From an uncultured Chloroflexia bacterium (GTDB lineage Bacteria > Chloroflexota > Anaerolineae > Anaerolineales > UBA11858), in assembly GCA_963824175.1 (NCBI GenBank), contig CAWGOD010000001.1, positions 150,154-214,153 of the forward strand: DNA of 64,000 nt. Reading direction: 5' to 3'. Positions 21,500 through 32,225 of this stretch are shown here, piece after piece. The translations under genes and the position numbers were made by a program. The notes below the pieces were generated by a model. It worked only from the letters and a program-made list of their open reading frames with translations. It ran no database searches and had not been told where the DNA came from. How positions within the stretch are numbered: position 1 is the first letter of the stretch; every line of letters starts with the position of its first letter.

Positions 21500-22066
21500 T
21501 TATTTTCTTATCTTTCCTTGTATCCATTGAAACAGTGCTGCCCCAGCGAGGGCAAAATAAGCCAGGAAGCTTGCTCCAATCAGCAGCCATTTCACTCCTG
21601 AGAAAATCGAGGTTACCAGTGCTAGTCCGGACATTAACGTAGGGTATGAGGCCATTACCAGGGATGCACCGATGTTTTCCAAATAATCAAATAGGCCAGC
21701 TGCTAGTGGCAGAAGATTAGTGAAGCCTATCCAATCAATCGGGTTTTCCAGATATTGATAGAACCAGCTGATCCCGGCCACCAAAAAACTGATATAAACG
21801 AGAGGGAAAATCAGGTCAAAGGTCCAACGTGCATGAATATAAGCTTGTCTTCCTTCTTCACCATATTCTTTAGCCGCTTGTATCAGATCCTCGGGTCCAT
21901 AAAAAAAAGAAGTATCTGGTGATATGCTGCCACCAGCATTTTCTTCAGCTGAGGCTGCCTGACCTGGAAGTACCAAAATCATGAATAGAACCATGATCAG
22001 CAAGGTCAGCATCATGGTCCAGCTTTTTGAGACTTTTATCAACCAGGTGGATAATTTTGTACTCAT
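21500..22066 (-). CDS. hypothetical membrane protein
   Basis: 188-aa ORF with about 5 predicted TM helices. No recognisable family. Confidence 0.5.
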   Translation of the reverse strand: MSTKLSTWLIKVSKSWTMMLTLLIMVLFMILVLPGQAASAEENAGGSISPDTSFFYGPEDLIQAAKEYGEEGRQAYIHARWTFDLIFPLVYISFLVAGISWFYQYLENPIDWIGFTNLLPLAAGLFDYLENIGASLVMASYPTLMSGLALVTSIFSGVKWLLIGASFLAYFALAGAALFQWIQGKIRK

Positions 22067-22074
22067 AATTCTCC

Positions 22075-24772
22075 TTAAACGCCTTTCAGGTTTTTGATCT
22101 GCTCCTTCAGCGTCAGAACTGTATCCTTGTATCCTGCCAGTTTATCTTTTTCTTTATTAACCACAGCTTCTGGCGCTTTTTTTGCAAAAGGGCTGGCCAA
22201 TAAATCTTCCAATCTTTTGATCTGTTCCGTTAGTTCTTTGAGCTCAGAGCTAAGACGTTTATTCTCTGCTTTGGGGTCAATCAATCCACTCAAAGGTAGG
22301 TAAATTTCCACAGACCCAGCCACGAGAGCGATCTGGTTCTGAGGCTTTTCATCCATTACTTTTTTAATGGTTGTTTTTTCCGGATCCAGCTGAGCCAGCG
22401 TTATTAGACTTCTAATTTCCCTTTCCAGCATATCACTATATGTGCTCGAGACTAAATTAGCAGGAATCAACTTTCCGGGTTTGATATTCTTTTCTGCACG
22501 CAAGTTACGAATGGTTCGGACGATTTCCTGGATAAGTTCAAAGTCCGATACCTTTTCCTTTTCCCAGTCTTCTTCAGCGCGCGGCTCAGGCCAAGCAGAG
22601 ATCATTAAAGCTTCGCCCCAATCCGGCATCCGATCCTTGAGGGGAGAATTACACACAGCATTTTTTAAATGCTGCCAGAGTTCTTCTGTGATATATGGTG
22701 TGAATGGGTGCAGTAAGCGCATGCACATATCAAGAACTCTGATCAAGGTTTCAATCGTATAATATGCGCGATCCCCGCCTTCGGCAATCTGACTTTTGGA
22801 TATCTCCAGATACCAATCTGCATATTCGCTCCAGAAGAAATCATAGATATAACGTCCGGCCTCACCATATTGATGGTTGTTGAAAAGACGATCAACATCC
22901 CGGATCAGCTGCTGCATTCGAGCCCAGATCCAGGAATCAGCCAGGGTCCAATCAGCTTTAGCTTGGGGAAGCAGAGGGGCATTTTCAAGGTTTCCAAGAA
23001 CGAACCGCCCAGCATTCCAGACCTTATTGGCAAAGTTTCGGTTGGCTTCCACTTTCTGCAGACTGAGGTTTGTATTGACCCCCGGAGTGGAACCTACCAG
23101 CATTGTAAAACGGACGGCATCCGTGCCCATATCATTCATAACATCAATAGGATCGACCACATTGCCTTTGGATTTGCTCATTTTCTGGCCATGTTCATCC
23201 ATCACCAGGCCGTGGAGATAAACGATCTCAAAAGGAGCTTTCCCGGTTAGTTCGAGACTGAACATGATCATTCTCGCCACCCAGAAGAACAAGATGTCGT
23301 AACCGGTTTCCATCATGGTTGTGGGGAAATAATAGTTTAGATCTGGTGTTTCATCCGGCCAACCCAGGGTAGAAAATGGCCATAACCCGGATGAGAACCA
23401 AGTATCAAGCACATCAGGATCCTGATGGATATTTTTGCTTCCACATGCCTGGCAGGCATGTTGGATCCTCTCTTGGGACAGTGAGTTCTCCGCAATCATC
23501 ACAATACCAGACAGGAATCCTGTGTCCCCACCAAAGCTGGCGGCTGATGCACCAGTCATGGATATTTTCCATCCAGTTGTAATAGACTTTCTTAAAGCGC
23601 TCGGGAATGATTTCTATCTCTCCGTCCTTGACGGCTTTGAGTGCTTTTTCTGCCAGAGGAGCGATTTTCACGAACCATTGTGTGGAGATCATGGGTTCGA
23701 TGATCTCTCCTCCACGTTGAGCCCGGGGAACCTGGTGGAGGTAATCTTCTTCCTTTATCACCAGGCCGGCATCCTTCATATCCTGCCATAGGTTTTTCCT
23801 GGCTTCAAAACGGTCCTGCCCTTCGTATGGACCGCCAATTTCGGTTACTTTGGCTTTTTTATCCAGCATGGAGAGCAGTTCTAAGTTATGTCGCAATCCG
23901 ATCTCGTAGTCGTTTGGATCGTGCCCGGGTGTGATCTTTAACGCTCCCGTGCCGAACTCGACGCTTACGTATTCATCACCGATCACTGGAATCTCTCGTC
24001 CAAGAATGGGAACGAGCACCATTTTGCCGATATATTTCTTATATCTATCATCGTCTGGATGAACTGCAACTGCAGTATCGGCCAGAATGGTTTCCGGGCG
24101 GGTTGTGGCAACTGGGATAAATTGATCCGGATCTTCAGCCAACTGATATTTGAAGTAATACAGTTTTCCTTTTTCCTCGGTATGTTCCACTTCGAGGTCT
24201 GAAACCGCAGTTTGTAGGGTAGGAGACCAGTTGATCAAGCGCGGTCCACGGTAGATCAAATCCTTTTCGTATAGGTGTACGAATGCTTCCCGAACCGCAC
24301 GGGAAAGGCCTTCATCCAGGGTAAATCTCTCCCGGCTCCAATCGCAGGAGGCACCCAGCCGGCGGATCTGTTCTACGATCTTCCCTCCGTGTTCCTCTTT
24401 CCAGGCCCAGGTTTCTTCAAGGAAGGAATTCCGGCCTACTTCCTCACGGCTAGTGCCTTCCTCTTTAAGTTTCATTTCCACTTGAAGTTGGGTGGCTATC
24501 CCTGCGTGATCTGTTCCTGGCACCCAGAGTGTGGGAACACCTTTCATACGCTGGTGCCTGATCATCAGATCCTCCAGAGTCACAAACAGGACATGACCCA
24601 AGTGCAAAACACCGGTAACATTGGGTGGCGGGATGCTGATCACATATGGTTTTTTCGTGGGATCATGGCCAGGAAGATTGGGGTCGTTCGTAGGTTTGAA
24701 GTAACCATTATCTTCCCAAAATTTATAAAGCCGTGCTTCTGCGGATTTATAATCATATTTCGTTGGAAGCAT
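22075..24772 (-). CDS. valS: valine--tRNA ligase (one frame disruption ~23440-23470)
   Basis: ORFs 23414-24799 and 22075-23559 are consecutive. Motifs: PPPNVTGVLHLGH (HIGH), KMSKSKGN (KMSKS), QDPDVLDTWFSS, and a C-terminal coiled coil. Start taken at ATG 24770-24772 (MLPTKYDYK..). Confidence 0.95.
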
Positions 24773-24844
24773 ATCTATCACCATCCTGTAATTGATCAAA
24801 CCGGATCTAAATCAAAGATCTAAAATATTTCCGCTAATCTTAAT

Positions 24845-25135
24845 AAAAAAAACCTTTCATCCCTGAGGACGAAAAGGTTTTATGCCTTCCGCGGTACCAC
24901 CTCGTTTTGTGTGTCCTTTGAACACACACGCTTAATTCCTGGTTCGATGAACAGGATTTCGCTGTATCGGGCTCACCCGTGCCGTTCTACTCTTTGTGGT
25001 CAAATTTCTTCGGCAGACCAACCAGGGGACATTCCAAAGGTTACGCTGAGGGTGGCTTTCAGCCAGTGGCCTCCCTTCTCTACCAGCGGTTTTCCCTGTA
25101 CTCTACCCGGTTATGGGTCGTTTTTTCAATTTTCC
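24845..25135 (-). promoter_or_regulatory. T-box riboswitch leader of valS
   Basis: The minus strand carries the T-box sequence GGTGGTACCGCG (plus 24890-24901). It is followed by the terminator AACCTTTTC..GAAAGGTT + T8 (24845-24880). AGAGA/AGTA-type stem I elements lie upstream. The candidate specifier is GUA in ..CAGCGUAACC... Confidence 0.85.
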
Positions 25136-25137
25136 GC

Positions 25138-25166
25138 ATTATACCTGTAGTCAGACAGCAAGTCAA
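25138..25166 (-). promoter_or_regulatory. sigma70-like promoter of the valS T-box leader (TTGACT-17 nt-TATAAT)
   Basis: On the minus strand: TTGACT (plus 25161-25166), a 17-nt spacer, TATAAT (plus 25138-25143). Confidence 0.7.
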
Positions 25167-25356
25167 CATGGTAGAGGATTTGTGCTATCGTTGGGATCTT
25201 CTAACCTGGTATCATGGCACAGAATTATAAATCCCAGAAAACGAACCTTAAAATTTCTTGACTTTCACCCTATGAATATGCTATTCTTTGGGTTATTGTA
25301 GGCGGGAAAATGATCGATTTTTACAATACATATTCATCTGGGAGGATAAAAAGTCT

Positions 25357-26212
25357 ATGATTCACCGGGAACGGGTTGCAGATGACGTTTATACATTCCA
25401 AAGCGATGTTTATGCACAAGTAAATGCTGGCGCGGTGATCGGACAGGATTGGGCAGTGGTGATTGATACCCTGGCTTTTCCTGAAGAGACTCTGGCCATC
25501 AGAGAATTCATTGAGGAAGAATTACAACGGAAAGTACGTTATGTGATCAATACCCATTACCATGCGGATCATAGTTGGGGAAATTGCTTTTTCCCTGGAG
25601 CTTATGTTCTTAGCCATGCTCTTTGCAGGGAGTACCTAAAGAAATTTGGTGCTGCTTCCCTGAAAACTGCCATTGAAATGGACTCAGTATTCCAGAAAAC
25701 CCAGATCGTTTTACCGCATCTAACATTGGATGCAGGTGTCCTGGAATTGGTTGTTGGTGATAAAACCTTGAGGTTCATCGAGCTGCCAGGACACAGTCCT
25801 GATGGGATTGGAGTTTATATTGTAGAAGATGAGGTCTTGTTTGCGGGGGATGTTTGGATGCCTATTCCCCATACTGTTGACGGTGATCCCCAAGTCATGC
25901 GCGAATCGCTGAATAAGATAGAATCCATGACTATAGAGAATGTGGTCCAAGGTCACGGAGAAGTGATCTTGCGTGGTGAAGTGAATTCCAGTATCAAGGA
26001 TAGGATCAATTACCTGGACAAAATCGATAAGATCGTTCAGGATGCAGCTTTGGACGAATACCCTGGAGAAGTACTTAAAGGAAAAGGACATTGAAGTCTG
26101 TGGAAAAAGCCGGATTCTATTAGGTGGAGCTGCAGAAGAGATCCATCAACAGAATTTACGGCATCTTTATCGAAAAGTCCACGGAGAAGAGCCTAAGGGT
26201 TTTGATTCCTGA
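25357..26212 (+). CDS. MBL-fold metallo-hydrolase (one frame disruption ~26085)
   Basis: NTHYHADHSWGN motif. ATG at 25357 after GGGAGGA. After ..LKGKG the product continues in another frame (..IEVCGKSRILLGGAAEEIHQQNLRHLYRKVHGEEPKGFDS*). Confidence 0.75.
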
Positions 26213-26247
26213 TTATATTGAAGAACGAAGTACTATATAAATACAAA

Positions 26248-26276
26248 AGGCCCTCGCAGAAGCGAGGGCTTTTTAT
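26248..26276. terminator. bidirectional intrinsic terminator
   Basis: GCCCTCGC-AGAA-GCGAGGGC followed by TTTTTATT. Confidence 0.75.
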
Positions 26277-26281
26277 TGGAA

Positions 26282-26944
26282 CTACTCTTCCTGTTTTTTC
26301 TTCTTGGCTCGAAATCCAACCAGCCTTTCAGTTCCATTCAACAGGCGTTTGATATTTGGCAGTAGTGCCCAGACGATCAAAATCTCTGATAATAATCCGG
26401 AAAATATATATTCCCAGGGTTGGTCCGTATATAAAAATCGGAGCAGGAGGATAAAACTTCCGATCAGCGGCAAACTTATGGTCGCCAGGGAGGCATAGCC
26501 AACAACCATCACTATCAAATAACCTGCAGGAACAAGGATGAAAACGCTGGGCCACCAGAAACCAACGATGGCTCCAATTGCAGGTGTTCCCCCCGCACCT
26601 CCTCCAAGCTTTATTTTTCCTTCCGGATCCTTTTCAACTAAAAAGATTGAGAAATTATGGCCAATTACCGCAAAGAAGCCAGCAAATACTTGAAGCCAAT
26701 ATCCATCCGGAATGAAATACCGTGCGATCCAGACAGCTGCGGCGCTTTTTAACATATCAAGCAGTGAAGTAATAAATCCGAGTGTAAAACCAGTCGCGCG
26801 CATTGTGTTGGTGCCGCCGGTGCGACCGCTCTCGACTTTCCTGACATCCTTACCGGTGAAAGCTTTTACCAGGATAAATCCAAATGGGATAGATCCCAAT
26901 ATATAAGCAACCAAAAGAATACCGGTTTGTAAAAGGATAGACAT
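26282..26944 (-). CDS. plsY: glycerol-3-phosphate acyltransferase PlsY
   Basis: ..YILGSIPFGFILVK..GKDVRKVESGRTGGTN.. and ..FAVIGHNFSIFL.. are characteristic of PlsY. Confidence 0.9.
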   Translation of the reverse strand: MSILLQTGILLVAYILGSIPFGFILVKAFTGKDVRKVESGRTGGTNTMRATGFTLGFITSLLDMLKSAAAVWIARYFIPDGYWLQVFAGFFAVIGHNFSIFLVEKDPEGKIKLGGGAGGTPAIGAIVGFWWPSVFILVPAGYLIVMVVGYASLATISLPLIGSFILLLRFLYTDQPWEYIFSGLLSEILIVWALLPNIKRLLNGTERLVGFRAKKKKQEE

Positions 26945-27015
26945 GGGACAACTCCTGCAATTGTATTATTTATCGGACATTATAGTTAACACAGGACTAT
27001 CACTTGGGAAACGGA

Positions 27016-27837
27016 TCAGATGAAAAACGCAATTCCCCATGAGAGGATTAGAATCAATCCAGGCCAGAAAACTTTCTCAAGCGGGATCTTCTCTTCCCCA
27101 TCTGGAAGGTCATCACTAATCTCGATCAAGGCATACAGTGGACCAGCCAGGGCAACTCCAAAACCGATCGATCCGACTGGTAGATAGTGAAGGCCGGCTG
27201 CGAGTTCGCCTATCAGGAGGAAAGGTACTGAGCCTTGATTTAAAGCCCAGACTCCTCTCTGACGGAGATGAACAACTCGCAAATAAACCAACAAGGATGC
27301 TGCGCTGAGCACAGGTACTCTGTAGAACAGACGTGATTCAGTAGCGTGCAGGGAGATTGCAAGGATGAGAAATAAGACAACAGAAAGAGCAGTGATTCCC
27401 ATTTCGGCAGGAATAAAAAAACGATTGGATGGATCTAGTACAACATACTCTGCAATAATAACCAGGATCAATCCCAGACCACTGGCTGCTGTGGCAACCC
27501 ACCAAGTGGCATTGAATGGAAGCTGATTGACCGCCAGCATAAGAACCAATGATGTCAGGGATGGGAGAAGCCAGTGGATTATCGTATTGTCATATTCTCC
27601 CCTGGCTGGATGATCCTGAAGCAGCCAGGCGGATCCTGAAGCGGTTAATCCGGCAACCAGAATAGATACAAGTGTAGAGAAATTTATCCGCACACTGAAG
27701 AAGATCCCTAGAAGCGTAAATCCCACTTCCTGGGGGGGGATTGACATAAAATGTGTCAATGTATAGGCCAATAAGATCGTAGAAACTGTAATACTGAGCC
27801 GGTTGAGATCAGGTAGATGATTCCTGATATTATCCAT
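27016..27837 (-). CDS. hypothetical polytopic membrane protein
   Basis: 273-aa ORF with about 8 hydrophobic helices. No recognisable family. Confidence 0.5.
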   Translation of the reverse strand: MDNIRNHLPDLNRLSITVSTILLAYTLTHFMSIPPQEVGFTLLGIFFSVRINFSTLVSILVAGLTASGSAWLLQDHPARGEYDNTIIHWLLPSLTSLVLMLAVNQLPFNATWWVATAASGLGLILVIIAEYVVLDPSNRFFIPAEMGITALSVVLFLILAISLHATESRLFYRVPVLSAASLLVYLRVVHLRQRGVWALNQGSVPFLLIGELAAGLHYLPVGSIGFGVALAGPLYALIEISDDLPDGEEKIPLEKVFWPGLILILSWGIAFFI

Positions 27838-27929
27838 AGCTTCATTCTACCTTTAAGTCAGTGATCGTGAGTGTCTATTTAGAGGGTCCAGTGTGTTAGA
27901 CTAAAATATATCCTGGTTAGATTGATATT

Positions 27930-28325
27930 GTGAAGATGATGAATAATAAGGAAGTTGGTCGTTGGGGTGAAGAGATTGCTGCCGTTTATCTTAAACGGAA
28001 TGGCTACTCGATCGTTGATCGGAACTTTTATACGCCGGAAGGAGAGATCGATCTAATTGCCCTTCGGGAAGAGAAAGAGGAACGGATCCTGATCTTCGTT
28101 GAGGTGAAAACCCGGACCAGTGAAAAATATGGTTATCCCGAAGAAGCTTTCACACGAAAAAAATGGGACCATATGATAAAAGCAATAGATAGATATTTGC
28201 AGGATCAACCGGAATATGGAGATGCCTGGCAGATTGATGTGATCGCCATCCAAAGGTTGAGTGAAGACCAGCCGCCGGAAATTGAACATTTTGATAATGT
28301 TGTGATGAATAATGGCAGAGAATAA
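27930..28325 (+). CDS. yraN: YraN-family (UPF0102) endonuclease-like protein
   Basis: GRWGEEIAAVYLKRNGYSIVDRNF..GEIDLIA..LIFVEVKTR.. is a typical YraN signature. Confidence 0.85.
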   Translation: MKMMNNKEVGRWGEEIAAVYLKRNGYSIVDRNFYTPEGEIDLIALREEKEERILIFVEVKTRTSEKYGYPEEAFTRKKWDHMIKAIDRYLQDQPEYGDAWQIDVIAIQRLSEDQPPEIEHFDNVVMNNGRE

Positions 28326-29238
28326 GAAACCGTTGATCGTTATTGTCGGTCCGACAGCTGTGGGGAAAACAGCCCTTGCTATTCGGCTGGCGGAGAAATT
28401 CCAGGGAGAAATAGTCTCTGCGGATTCCAGGTTGTTCTACAAAGGAATGGATATCGGCACCGCAAAACCATCCAGAGAAGAACTCGCTCAAGTACCGCAT
28501 CACTTAATAGATGTCGCTACGCCAGATCAGGAATGGAGTTTGGCGCTTTATCTATCCCGGACCCATGAAGTGATTCAAGATATCCATCAGCGGGGATCGC
28601 TGCCTTTCCTCGTTGGCGGGACCGGACAGTATATCCAGGCAGTTGTGGAGGGGTGGGATCTTCCCAAAACGAAACCTAATCCTCAATTGAGGGAAACCTT
28701 GAATCATTGGGCGGAAGAAGTAGGGATAGATGGCCTGCGCATCCGTCTGGCCGAGTTGGATCCAGATGCTGCAGCAGGAATTGATGGTCCAAATTTGCGA
28801 AGGATTATCCGGGCTCTTGAGGTCATCTTGACCTCAGGTAGGAAATTTTCAGGGCAGAGGGGAAAAACAGGATCCGCCTACAGGATCATGCAAATTGGTC
28901 TGATACGTCCCAGGGATGAGTTATATCAAAGGATCGACCAGCGGATAGCAATGATGCTGGATCAAGGATTGGTAACAGAAGTAAAGTCCCTGCTTGATGC
29001 AGGTTACACTCCAGAATCTTCCGCCATGTCAGCCATCGGATATAAACAAATGGCAGATTATCTCTTAGGGGAGAGCACAATGGAAGAAGCTGTCAGCCAA
29101 ATAAAAAGCAAAACCCGTAAATATGTTCGACAGCAAGCCAACTGGTTCAGCGATGAAGATCCCAATATCATCTGGTTTTCAGCTTCAGCTGATCCATTTG
29201 ATGAGATTCTTAACGAAATCCAACACTTCTTATCCTAA
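28312..29238 (+). CDS. miaA: tRNA dimethylallyltransferase
   Basis: IVGPTAVGKTALAI (P-loop), ..EIVSADSR..YKGMDIGTAKP.., ..HHLID... Confidence 0.93.
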   Translation: MAENKKPLIVIVGPTAVGKTALAIRLAEKFQGEIVSADSRLFYKGMDIGTAKPSREELAQVPHHLIDVATPDQEWSLALYLSRTHEVIQDIHQRGSLPFLVGGTGQYIQAVVEGWDLPKTKPNPQLRETLNHWAEEVGIDGLRIRLAELDPDAAAGIDGPNLRRIIRALEVILTSGRKFSGQRGKTGSAYRIMQIGLIRPRDELYQRIDQRIAMMLDQGLVTEVKSLLDAGYTPESSAMSAIGYKQMADYLLGESTMEEAVSQIKSKTRKYVRQQANWFSDEDPNIIWFSASADPFDEILNEIQHFLS

Positions 29239-29293
29239 ATTTGTTATACTGAGAGATTAGCCAAAGCAATCTTGTCGAAGGAGGAGGAATCCG

Positions 29294-30982
29294 ATGGAGC
29301 ACCGACCCTGGCATGATTATTACGATGAAGGTATTCCTACAAGTCTTACATACCCGGCCGTCCCCATTTTTCATTTTCTAGAAGACTCAGCAAAAAAATT
29401 CCCAGATAAACCCTGTACCATATTTAAAGGAGCTGAAATTTCCTACAGTGAAATGAGCCAAATCACTGATCAGCTCGCCGCTGCCCTGGTTGATCTGGGT
29501 GTGAAAAAAGGTGACAGGGTAGGGATATTAATACCCAATACACCTCAATTTGTGATGGCTTATTTTGCTGTCCTGAAAGCTGGTGGGATTGTGGTTGCCA
29601 CCAATCCGCAATATACCGGAAGAGAGATCATTCACCAGGCGAACGACTCCGGCATGGAATTAGTGTTCCTGATGAGCAACTATTATGAGTTGGTTAAAGG
29701 TATCCAGAAGGAGACCGGCATTAAACAGATCATTTGTACAAATATTAAGGAAACTCTGCCCCCATTGCTTGGTATGCTCTTTACCCTGGCAAAAGAAAAG
29801 AAAGGTGGTTTCAGGGTAACCTTAAGGGATAATGATATCTGGCTGCCGGACTTAATGGAAAAGTATCAGGGCCGTGAAAGACCAGATGTTGATGTCGGAC
29901 CGGAAGATACGGCAATATTCCAATACAGCGGTGGCACAACTGGCATCCCTAAAGCGGCTATTGGCCTGCATCGCAATCTGGTTGCCAACACCATTCAAAT
30001 GATGTACTGGATCCGAACCGCAGTTATGGGGGAAGAAGTGGTGATGATGGCCATTCCCCTTTACCATGTCTATGGGATGGTTGCTGGCATGAATTACGGT
30101 CTGGCTGTAGGTGCCACGTTAGTGATGGTCCCTGATCCTCGCGATCTGAAAGATCTGCTAAGCAATATTCAGAAGTACAAGACCTCGATCTTTCCTGCGC
30201 TGCCTGCTCTTTACAATGCGATCAATAATAACGCTGACGTGAAAGCCGGCAAATATGACCTGAGTGCGATCAAGGCCTGTATCTCTGGTTCAGCGCCCTT
30301 ATTAAGGGAAACCAAAGAGACTTTTGAAAAACTGACTGGCGGTATGTTATTTGAAGGATATGGTTTATCAGAAACGCCCACAGCCACTCACTGCAATCCC
30401 AACCTCGGGGAGAACCGGACTGGTTCAATTGGTTTGCCATTCCCGGATGTGGATGCCCGGATCATAGATCTTGACGATGGTGTCACGGTACTGCCCGTTG
30501 GAGAAATTGGAGAGCTGGTGATGAAAGCCCCCCAGGTCTTTAAGGGTTATTACAATATGCCAACCGAAACTCGTAACGCTCTGAGAGATGGCTGGCTATA
30601 TACAGGCGATATTGCCCGCATGGACGAGCAGGGATACTTCTACATCGTAGATCGCAAGAAAGAACTCATCAAACCGGGTGGTTTCCAGGTCTGGCCCCGG
30701 GAAGTGGAAGAAGTGCTCCAGGACCACCCGGCTATTCAGGATGTTGGTGTGGCCGGAGTCCCCGATCCAAAACGAGGTGAGACGGTCAAGGCCTGGATCG
30801 TGTTGAATGAAGGACACACACTTGATCGAGCTGAATTGAAAGAGTGGTGTCAAGACCGTATTGGCAAAGTATAAGATTCCCGACTGAAATCGAGATTCCG
30901 GGATGAATTGCCAAAGACACATGTAGGCAAACTCTTAAGAAGAGAGTTGGTTCGAGAGCATAAAGAGAAATCAGAGGGATAA
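29294..30982 (+). CDS. long-chain-fatty-acid--CoA ligase (AMP-binding family); local double indel plus in-frame TAA at 30872
   Basis: AMP-binding motifs ..FQYSGGTTGIPKAA.., ..GYGLSETP.., ..TGDIARMDEQGYFYIVDRKKELIK... The conserved C-terminus FRDELPKTHVGKLLRREL is back in the original frame after 30874. AKYKIP and TEIE segments lie in the other two frames. Confidence 0.88.
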
Positions 30983-31012
30983 GCTTTCAGGCAAGTACTT
31001 TATGAGATAGAA

Positions 31013-31047
31013 AATAACCTGGTCAATGGATCAGGTTATTTTTTTCT
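31013..31047. terminator. bidirectional intrinsic terminator
   Basis: AATAACCTG / CAGGTTATT hairpin followed by T7. Confidence 0.7.
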
Positions 31048-31983
31048 GGATATCTTATTGAGATACCGTTGAGCTTCATCGAGCTTAGCGAATTTCATTT
31101 CTTGCTCACGAAATGCGCTGGTATGGACCATCCTGCGGGAATTTACCAAGCGTGCTCCCATTTTTTTATGCAGAAGTTCGTGATACATAACATAATCCAC
31201 CACGAACTCTGGCACCCGACGTTGGTCCAAGGTTCGGCTTACCATCACGGTATCTGTATCCCATTGATAGTGCCCAAATTTCCTAACGGTTAATCGTTTA
31301 TTCCAGACTAGATGAGGCTCTGATAGCTGCTCATTAAAATAGGCCAGGTTCACTCGGTTAAAACTCTCAGTCAGATCATGGACCGAACCTTTGGAGAAAC
31401 TTCCTTTTGGGATACCCAGATATTCCAAATATTCCCGGGTTGACTGATATGCAGGGGAGAAAGTATGATCCCGGATTTGCTGCTTGCTTGATTGGGAAGG
31501 TTTTCCAAGGGCTGTTTCCAGCAGGGCGATCAACACAGAATCTGGAGCAGTAGTTAAACTCTCCTGACCAGTGATCTGGATCTGAGAAGCTTTGCCCTGG
31601 ATCTGGAACAGAGCGCTGGTGTGATAAAAAGTGAATTCAAATCCAAATTTTCTATATTTTGGGAGAGGATTAATTGCTGGCAGGAAAAGATTGATTCTTT
31701 GAAGCGCGTCGAGATGGGCAGCCAGATTATCCTGTTTATCCAGGTATTTTAGCCATTGATAAGCTCTTCGGGATCTGATGGCCAGATCAGCGGGGGTTGC
31801 CTCCCGTTGGTAAAGGACATTATCGATTGCTGTAGCTGAATGATGGATATTCTTTTTCAGATCAGCTGTTAAGGCTTGATAGGTACTGCCTGACGTACTG
31901 GCGTTGGCCACCTTGGGTAAAGTCATCAAATGCTGGATGACAGATGTTTGTTTGACGATATTCTGGATCGAGATTGATGACAT
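31036..31983 (-). CDS. hypothetical protein with C-terminal SprT/YgjP(DUF45)-like HExxH metallopeptidase motif
   Basis: ..VVDYVMYHELLHKK..HTSAFREQE.. follows a ~230-aa N-terminal region of unknown family. Start taken at ATG 31981-31983. Confidence 0.5.
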   Translation of the reverse strand: MSSISIQNIVKQTSVIQHLMTLPKVANASTSGSTYQALTADLKKNIHHSATAIDNVLYQREATPADLAIRSRRAYQWLKYLDKQDNLAAHLDALQRINLFLPAINPLPKYRKFGFEFTFYHTSALFQIQGKASQIQITGQESLTTAPDSVLIALLETALGKPSQSSKQQIRDHTFSPAYQSTREYLEYLGIPKGSFSKGSVHDLTESFNRVNLAYFNEQLSEPHLVWNKRLTVRKFGHYQWDTDTVMVSRTLDQRRVPEFVVDYVMYHELLHKKMGARLVNSRRMVHTSAFREQEMKFAKLDEAQRYLNKISRKK

Positions 31984-32225
31984 GATAGTTTTGTTTTTGA
32001 TTTCCCTGATGAATGAGAAGGCTTGTCCAATAAACCTTTGTTTGACCCTATCTTGAAATAAGAACAAAAATCACCCAGTTTTTCTTTGACAAGGAGAGCA
32101 TGATGTCATAAAATCGTGTAGTCAATTAACAAGAGGTCCTGTCCAAGTCTAAAGTATATTATATAACTGCCTCTGTGATCACTGGATTAAAAAAGAAAGC
32201 AAAATTTCTTAGGAAGGTTTAATCA

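Noticed and set aside
24911-25301. Three overlapping plus-strand ORFs (79, 83 and 62 aa).
   Set aside because: They fall inside the minus-strand valS T-box leader and promoter and have no coding signature.
26092-26094. TGA codons ending truncated ORFs as possible selenocysteine codons, given that selC lies in the window.
   Set aside because: At this and the other TGA-terminated fragments I checked, the homologous protein continues in a different frame, not in-frame after the TGA. There is no Cys/Sec-type active-site context and no SECIS-like hairpin.
30872-30874. An in-frame TAA inside the acyl-CoA ligase, with the conserved C-terminus resuming in the same frame (possible stop-codon readthrough or recoding).
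   Set aside because: The expected residues AKYKIP and TEIE are readable in the other two frames between 30858 and 30895. The stop is therefore created by compensating indels within about 40 nt, not by recoding.
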